DNA of 64,000 nt. Source: Lama glama. Lineage: Eukaryota. Positions 55,813-64,000 of this stretch are shown here, in pieces. The stretch lies in contig CM052816.1 in assembly GCA_028534125.1 (NCBI GenBank), forward strand, positions 27,654,001 to 27,718,000, in the 5' to 3' direction. Position numbers and translations under genes: made by a program. Numbering within the stretch: position 1 is the first letter of the stretch; the number at the start of each line of letters is the position of its first letter. Under the pieces are notes generated by a model, which was not told the DNA's origin, searched no databases, and worked only from the letters and a program-made list of their open reading frames with translations.

Positions 55813-57599
55813 GTGAGTGAACAACTCAGCATAACTCATAACCAGGACTGGAGAAAAAGTAACTTAGACTTGCTTTTTCTCCCCTCTAAGAATAGTCTTG
55901 TAATATTATCTCAGCTGTTGGATTGTGGTGCACAAGTGAAATGGTAGAACAGTCAGATTATAAGAACCTCAATTAAAAAAGTAAACAACAACAACAATAA
56001 AAAGCCATTTTCAATTTATTTCTTTTATTATAACTACTATTTGTAGCAATAATCATCAGATACTCCTGACTGGAACTTAGCTTTCTGTGCAGCACATTTC
56101 AGAAATATTTCATGAGAGCAAGAAAAGAGTTGTCTTGTGTTAAAGGACAGTGTACATGTTATAGGAAGGTGAAAGAGACTCCTGACATTAAATACAATAA
56201 GTTTTATGATTGCACTTCTTAGAAAGCAATGGTGCATTCTTAATCTGGGCTCAGCTCCATTGCTTTCAATGAAGAATTCTTACTATAAATGCATTGAATC
56301 AATCTGGATTCAATGGAAAGCGATAATGTAATATGCAGAATATTTCTCTCAAATCTTTGCTGCCAATGAATCACCTCATGATATAATGCACTGTTGATTT
56401 CAATAAAAAGTTATTAAGTGCATAGTTTGAGTATATAAAAATATAGTTTAAAAACAGTGTAACCAAGCAGCAAAAATGCTATATTTGAAATTATTAAAAG
56501 ATGTATATTAGGAAGTACCTCAAAATATGGCTCACTGAAACACATGATTCTTTTGCCATGAGACATAGTAGGGAGATATGTTATCAAAGGAAGAAAGAAA
56601 TCTGAGATTGGTATGAAAACATAAGATTCATAGAAAGTCCTTGTGAAATCCACAAATCTGTATTAAATGCCTACTATATCTCAACATTGTGTTAACATGC
56701 TAGGATAATGATTTTCAAAGGATAGAGATGGGGACATAACAGAATATATCATGATTTTTCAAATAACTTCTCTAGAGGACTGTATCAGTACCTGAGAGCA
56801 GGTGGCACATAGGGATGATTTTAAAACACTTACCACCTCACTGCCAACTTACTATTTTGAGTTCATCAAAGTCCCTACCTGTATCAATGTGCAAGGTGTA
56901 GCGGGAGGTAACATTTTTGGAAGAGTTAGATTAAGGGGCTGGATATCCTAGCAGCCAATCTGTAGGAAACCTTGGATTTCCACATGTGACTCCTCACACA
57001 ACATTTCCTAATGACATAGTCAGTTTCTATAACTAAAAATTTCAAAATGAAAACTGCCCTTAACCTTTATTCATCTAAACAATGACATAAAAGGCACACT
57101 GTAGGCCATGATACCGCCCTAAACCAATCAGTTGGCAATCACCTGAAATCAGCAGTCATAGAAGCAGAATTTCTGAAAATTAATGATAAATGGAAAGAAT
57201 GCAATTTACTAGAAAAGTATTTCATTTTGCCTAAAGTTTAAGCCCTTTAATATTGCCTTCCAAGACATTGCTTGTTCACAGTACTATATAAGAAAACTCT
57301 AGCAAGAACAAAAACTGTAAATAGGTTGGAAATGTTTTGCTACCTCAGAAGCCAGGAAAATAAAATACATCTATTTTGGAAAAGAATTCAGAACTATATT
57401 CCTGTATATAACCTTTAATTTTTTTTCACTGTCAGTAATATGATCCAGTTGTGATTGAGAAAAATGTGAAATGAAAAATAATCCAAATGAGCTCAGATAT
57501 TATGCATGTAATAAATCCTCTAGTCTAAATATGAAAAAAGAGATTTACATTTTTGTGAATATAAAAAAAATCTAGTTTCTCTCTCCAAGGTAAATGCTA

Positions 57600-58180
57600 A
57601 ATTAATTTTTCATTTTCATTTTTATTTATTTTTTATTTTTATGGAAGTACAGTTGATTTACAGTGTTATATTAGTTCCCAGTGTATAGCATAGTGATTCA
57701 GTTATACATATATATATCATTTTCCACATTCCTTTTCATTATAGGTTATTACAAGCTATTAAATATAGTTCCTTGTGCTCTACTTTAGGTCCTTGTTGTT
57801 TATCTATTTTATATATAGTAGTTTGTATCTGTTGATCCCAAACTCCTAATTTATCCCTCAAACCACCTCCTTTTTTCCCTTTGGTAACTGTAAGTTTGTT
57901 TTCTGTCTGTGAGTCTGTTTCTGTTTTGTAAATAAGTTCATTTGTGTTGTTTTTTTTTAGATTACACATATAAGTGATATATGATACCTGCCTTTCTCTG
58001 ACTGACTTTCTTCACTTAGTATGATAATTTCTAGGTCCATATATGTTGCTGCAAATGGCATTATTTTATTCTTCTTTATGGCTGAATAGTATTCTGTTGT
58101 TTTTATGTGTGTGTACCACAACTTCTTTATCCAATCATCTGTTGATGGACATTTAGGTTGTTTCCATGAATTAGCTATTC
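57600..58180 (-). mobile_element. 5'-truncated L1 3' fragment
   Basis: Minus ORF NELIYKTETDSQTENKL.VTKG is typical of cetartiodactyl L1 3'UTR sequence; T-rich tail at about 57605-57640. Confidence 0.92.
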
Positions 58181-59169
58181 TAAATGAGAAATTTATATTT
58201 AAAGGCTTTGGACTTAATGGAATCCTAGGTTATTAATCTGCTTGGAGTGTCTTGATTTGCTGCCAACTTATAAACGTGGAATAAAATCTAATATAAGATG
58301 GCCTAGTACAGTCATTACTAATTGTGATGGACAAGGAGGAATTCAGGAAAATGTTAAGAATTGATCCAAACCTTAAAGGGAGTTCAGGAATTTATTTATA
58401 AAAGAAAATAATGGTCATAAGGGACTTGTTGACTTATTTCCTGAGACTTCTTTTTTGTCCATTTGTGAAATGCTTTTGTTTTAGTTAACTGGATTTTTAG
58501 TTCAATAAATCTATAGTCACATATGTGGCTGCAAACAATATGTTATTTAATTTCCAAAATATCCAATCAGCATTTTTAATTTTTAAAGGATTTTATAGTA
58601 AGAAGAGAGAGATTGAAGGCTATCTTTGTATTTCTCTGGATCCTTCATCAAGACATCTGATCAGTTTAGTGACTAACATACTTGAACAGTCTTCATTTTG
58701 CTGAACCTTGACCCCACATTAACTGTAGCAGCCTGAAATCCATTACAGAGAAGGCAAGTCACCTTTGTAAGTTAAAGATTCTCATAAATTATTTTCATTA
58801 TAGACTAATGGTCTGTGAAGATTCAACTCTTTCCAAGAGTTGAATGTACTGTTTTCTGCATACTGTGATGTAATAGGGAAATTAGAAGTTAGTTTAAAGC
58901 TTCAGCTATTTCAAGAAAATCAATTTAGACTCCATCAAAGTACCATTTAAGTTATCTCCTAACCAGATATTTTATGGGAATTAGTGCAGAAAAACAGTAT
59001 TTCTTTTACAAATTTTGTTAGTGATGGATATTTCATGCTCTGGTTTACTTTCAAGTTTGGGAGGAGGTCAAATTAAATAATACCCATTTATAATAATTAT
59101 GATAAACTACGATTTTCTTTGCCATGTCCCACTTGACATAGCCTAGTCACTGTGATAAATGCCTTACAT

Positions 59170-59460
59170 ACTTTAATGTAGCACTCTTCAGAACCCTTAG
59201 AGGAAAATTAGAAAACCAGGGCACAGAAAGCTCAAAAACTTACTCAAAGTAACACAATTGGTAAATGAAGAAGCCAGAATTCAAACCCAGACCTGCATTT
59301 TCAATCCCTTCTCCATTAAGTGGGTGTAATTGCTTTCCCCAAGTCACATGGCTGGTGTGTCAGCCAGGATGGTTTATTGCAAGTAACAGAACCCAGATAA
59401 AATACCTTATGAAAAGAAAATATGTTGGCAGGGTATAGGGGTGATCCACAGAATTTTAAA
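59170..59460. mobile_element. MIR fragment (about 59170-59320, minus) followed by an MLT1 LTR end (about 59357-59460)
   Basis: acttactcaaagtaacacaattggtaaatgaagaagccagaattcaaacccag; gtcagccaggatggtttattgcaagtaacagaaccc. Confidence 0.6.
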
Positions 59461-61317
59461 ATGTGCTAAAGAAACCGTAGTTATTTCAGAGGTCAGGGAT
59501 TCGATGAATAAAATCAGATCGGTTTCTCTTTTCATTTCCTATATTATACTAGACTCAGAAATTTTACACATACTATTTTATATCTTTGCCAACATTCTGT
59601 GGATATGCTATTATTCCTTTTGACAGCTGTGATAGCTAAGACATAATGAGTGAATTGATTTGTCCAAGGTGGGTGACTTACTAGTCAACCCAGACACCCC
59701 AGCCCTCCAGACACTTGTACTGTCCTCTGCTAATCTATTTCTCTTTTATAAAGGCCAACTGTATCACTATAAGTATTAAATATTTCTTAATTTTAGAGAG
59801 GCTAAAGGAAATACTAGTACATTTTAAAGAGAAAATCAATTTAATATTTGAGATTCTCATATACCTCATATATTCTTGTCAATATGGACCATATGAAGCC
59901 CAGGAACATCACCTAGGCAATGAATCTACAACTTATTTAAAGCGTTTGATACTAAAGTATACTGTTAAATAAAAGTTACCTTTACTAATAAGGATTTCAT
60001 TAATTCTCTGTAAAAATTTTACATTAAAATGCTTTTCTAATACGTAGTTATTTGGAATATAACATTTAGTTTTTAGCTGATGCACAATGGGTAAAAAACT
60101 CTTTTGATAAAAATTATTCAGTATTCTTTTCTTAACCTTTACCATATGTAGACATGCTAATAAAATAAAGATGAAGCTATGGATTAGTTTCTGTGATACT
60201 TAGGATTTTTTTTTTACTTTTTTCTTATGTGATTTCAAATAGACAGTTTTCCAAATTAGACCCCTTATCCACAAGATGGTGTCCTAACATTAGCAACCAA
60301 TAATCTGAGCTTACAAATAGTGTTGATGTTACCTGGTAAAAATGTTTTTCAAGTTGAAAATGCCAAGTTGAAAAAAAAAATTATTCCTCAGCCTGTGGTT
60401 TTGTGCAAAATGTACTTGGGAAAATGTATTGTTGAACTCAACTTGATTAACTCTTGTCGTAGATTTGTATTTATTTACATTAATGCTACACTGGAATACT
60501 CAGTTCATAAATTTCTAATTTAGCTAAAACGAAGAGGAAAACTGTTTTACTTGAAAATCACAACAAAATGTCAAATGGCATACTAGTTGAGCTTTGTGTA
60601 ATATACATTGTGTTGTATGTCATGGGAAATACACTTAAGAACTTAGTATTTTTTATCATGTTTTTAAAATTTCCTTAATGATTTGCTTTTGAAATCATGG
60701 ATGGCAACATTTAGTTAATCTTGCACCTGAGTGCATTTAAAATTTGAATGTAGTAAATGCTGTTTTCTGCCTTTAAAAACCAACATTTATTTCCTGGATC
60801 CTGAGAAATCTCTGGTTCTAATAATTCTTACTGGTTATCACTGATTTTTGAATACATACAGACACTTTCCAATACCAACTCCTGAGGGAAAAGAGGTTGG
60901 ATGCATTTGATTTCTTTTAAGACAGCCTGAATTAAAAAAAGAAATTGTTTCAGATAAAATTAAGTAGACTGATGATCTCTAACTCTGTTTAACACTAACT
61001 TAGAAGAAAGCTAGACTTGTCTTGCATTGAAAGCAGTACTTCTGCTTTTAAAAGATGTTCTCCATGTTTTGTTAGTTGTTAAAAAGTTATTAAAAAGAGT
61101 GTTTTGGGGACTTTTCTATATTTTCATCCTGAAAAAGAGAGTTCATAGAAAATCACTTGGCTATGTTAGAGGACAAGAAAGAAGTATATCAAAGTGGGAT
61201 GTATAGAATCACTTCATAAGTTACTCTTCACATTAATGTGAATTTTATACAGTTTTGAAAATAAATCTGGAAATATAAGTTAGGACAAACTATATACATA
61301 CTCCTGAACCTAGTGCT

Positions 61318-61811
61318 GCTTTTTTTTAAAACACTTTTTATTGATTTATAATCATTTTACAATGTTGTGTCAAATTCCAGTGTAGAGCACAATTTTTCAG
61401 TTATACATGAACATATATATATATTCATTGTCACATTTTTTTCTCTGTGAGCTACCATAAGATCTTACCTATTTCCCTGTTCTATACAGTATAATCTTGT
61501 TTATCTATTCTACAATTTTGAAATCCCGTCTATCCCTTCCCACCCTCCACCCCCTTGGCAACCACAAGTCTGTATTCTATGTCTATGAGTCTGTTTCTGT
61601 TTTGTATTTATGCTTTGTTTGTTTGTTTTTGTTTTTTGTTTTTTGTTTTTAGATTCTACATATGAGCAATCTCATATGATATTTTTCTTTCTCTTTCTGA
61701 CTTACTTAACTTAGAATGACATTCTTTAGGAGCATCCATGTTGCTGCCAATGGCATTATGTTGTCGGTTTTTATGGCTGAGTAGTATTCCATTGTATAAA
61801 TATACCACATC
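61318..61811 (-). mobile_element. Young camelid L1 3' end
   Basis: ttattgatttataatcattttacaatgttgtgtcaaattccag...gctgagtagtattccattgtataaatataccacatc; little visible decay. Confidence 0.9.
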
Positions 61812-62200
61812 ACTACAGAAATAGAAGCACCAGTCTGTTAGGCATATGTGCAATACTACTACAGCATTTTTCATGGAAGCCAAAATAAAAAAATACTGTA
61901 ACAAGGTGAATGCCCATCAAAAGATGAATGATTGAATATACTATTATATGTCTATACCATAGAATATTATTTAGCTGCTAAAACAATGAACTAAAGCTAT
62001 GAAGCTATGCAAATTACCTAGAGGAAGTTATGTAGGTATTATTGAAAGGGAAAATTAAGGAATTTATAATAAGACCCCATTTTAAAAATAGAAAAATCAT
62101 ACATTTATGATACATATGAATATGTATATGCCCATATATGTTTGCATGTGATTAAATAGTCATGGAAGGACACATAGAAGAGTTCATACTAGCTTATTTA
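61812..62200 (+). mobile_element. Old L1ME-like fragment, probably the host of the young L1
   Basis: aatgcccatcaaaagatgaatgattgaatatactattatatgtctataccatagaatattatttagctgctaaaacaatgaac. Confidence 0.7.
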
Positions 62201-62214
62201 CATGAGATTATTCT

Positions 62215-62670
62215 TGTGGGCTTTCGCAGATTCCCCAGAAGGCAGACTCAGAGATAGAGACTGGCATGCAGGAAGTTTATGGAGGAGTGCTCCTAGGGTC
62301 AACCACTGAAGGGTAATGAAGGAAAACAGGTTAAGCTGAGGGAGGGACTGGGCTGGGATGCCACCACAACAGCAGCTCGGCTGATCCCATGGAGACCTCT
62401 GGAGCTGGGGATGTTCCTGCACGGTCATTCCAAATTGGATTGGAGTCTTTTTGCTCTAGCTTCTCTGTTTGCCTTCCCCCTCCTAACCCTCTTTATTAAC
62501 CAGTCATTAAATGTGGACTGCCCCCAGGAAGGAGGTGTGCTGGAGCTCCAGCTCTTTCCAGCTGAGGGTAATCCTTAGAAGGGAGCTATCAACTGTCAAC
62601 GTTCCCAGCAACTGATGGAATAAGCACTTTAGTCCTGAAAGGGGTAAGGAAATCTAGTTGACACACCATA
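62215..62670. mobile_element. MaLR LTR (MLT1-type)
   Basis: gattccccagaaggcagactcagagatagagactggcatgcaggaagtttatggaggagtgctc...gatcccatggagacctctggagctggg. Confidence 0.8.
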
Positions 62671-63214
62671 ACATTCTCAAAAGAATGGGGTGCAAAATGA
62701 TGTAGTTGAATGGGGGAGGAGAGAGGAAGAGGTGGCCACACAAGAAAAGAGAAAAATAATTTTAATAAAAGCATTTAAACAAGTGGTAAATGTGCATCAA
62801 TACTGCAGGTGGTATGGGAGTAGCAATGCTATGAAAAATTCATAATGTTTTACCTGGAAAAACCTTCCCAAACCTTCGCAAACCTTTCTTTACCTAGTTT
62901 TCTGGGTCATCCTTGCTTTTCAGTGTTTCACATTTTCTTTGACAACACTGAAGGGATAAAATGCTCAGCTCAGTAAAGAAGGATTGAGAAGTAAGCTTAA
63001 AGATTTTCTTTTCAGAAGGAATAAATGTCTGATGAAAGCAGTTACATAATTCTGTACACTTATTTCACGATTTTGGCTCTGGTAACTATATTCTTACTGA
63101 GATACTGTATCTGAAGAAAAAACTTGTCTTGAGAGAGATAAGGCTGTTGATAATTTACTGTACCTTCATGTATTATAGTAAGGCTTTCTAGACTTTATAT
63201 ACAGCTTTGTAGTT

Positions 63215-63535
63215 TTCATTTATTGAATAGCTATCATATACCAGGCAGTTTATTAGGCCCTGGGGGACTCGAAACTAAAGACTTAGTGATCAGAGCCTTG
63301 TAGGGAAGACAGATGAATAAATAGTTAATCACAGAGTGATAAAAGCCATGATATAGACAGCTAGAGTGCTATGGGAGTTCAAATAACTGCCCAAACCAGA
63401 AGGTTGCAGGTTGAAGATGTCAAAGCTTTCAGGAAGAGAATACTTCTGAATTGTGGGGTAGATATTGGGGCAGGTGAATAATAAGGAAGATATAAGGGTA
63501 ATAAAGACACACTCAGGGAGCTGTAAGTAGTCCAA
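63215..63535 (-). mobile_element. L2 3' fragment
   Basis: catttattgaatagctatcatataccaggcag...gagtgctatgggagttca. Confidence 0.75.
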
Positions 63536-63559
63536 TATATTGCAGTCAAGACTGTCAAC

Positions 63560-64000
63560 TGCATGGATTGGAATGAGGGCACCAGTCTCAGGAGACCATC
63601 CAGGGGAAAGAAGCAGGAACAAGACCTTAGGGAACACAAGGGAACAGTCAAATAGGATTATATGAAGAGACTATAATAAAGCAACTGTTTATAAAGATGT
63701 GGTGAGGGAGTAGGGCAAGGGTTGGGCTGGATATTTCCACCCAAAGCAAGAGTTAGAGGGGTTTTTTAGAACCTGGAGACAGCGGGGCTAAGTAGAGGGA
63801 GCTGCCTTCCTCACAGGAGGCATGGCTTCTGTGGAGAGATGCTGCAAACCTTCAGTGACATTAAAAGGAGGGAGCTGGGAGAACAAATACCTTGATGTGA
63901 CCACAGGGGAAGTGAGCCCATTGATGTGTCCTTGTAGGGTAGAATGGAGAGAGGTGGGGACGAGCAGAGAGTGGTTCTGGAGGGGCAAATAGAAAATCTT
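63560..64000. mobile_element. Probable MaLR-type LTR
   Basis: GC-richer segment with aactgtttataaagatgtgg and ending ggttctggaggggcaaatagaaaat. Confidence 0.45.

Overview
AT-rich, CpG-depleted mammalian genomic DNA, almost certainly from a camelid (alpaca/llama/camel). It carries three copies of a tRNA-Ala(AGC)-derived SINE matching the Camelidae vic-1 type, plus young L1 3' ends. The window looks like mostly intronic sequence of a large gene, probably on the + strand: most L1s and all three SINEs are antisense to +, and the first 51 nt look like an exon end followed by a GT donor. I cannot identify the gene. A large part of the window is transposon debris (L1, L2, MIR, MaLR/ERV LTRs, MER5A, MER20). 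There is one 500-N scaffold gap with a 171-bp exact duplication on either side, which is an assembly artefact. No ORF in the supplied track is a credible gene; the recognisable ones are L1 remnants. The most interesting items are two L1s that keep both ends but lack their core (one with half-L1/HAL1-like ORF1-only architecture and a 12-bp TSD, one with the 5'UTR fused to distal ORF2), a SINE that may carry a 3' transduction, a perfect 78-bp tandem duplication containing a hairpin, and a candidate micro-exon plus alternative last exon at 29.7-30.8 kb. I see no supportable evidence for a new biological system. Repeat subfamily calls come from recalled consensus motifs, not a search, and boundaries are approximate.
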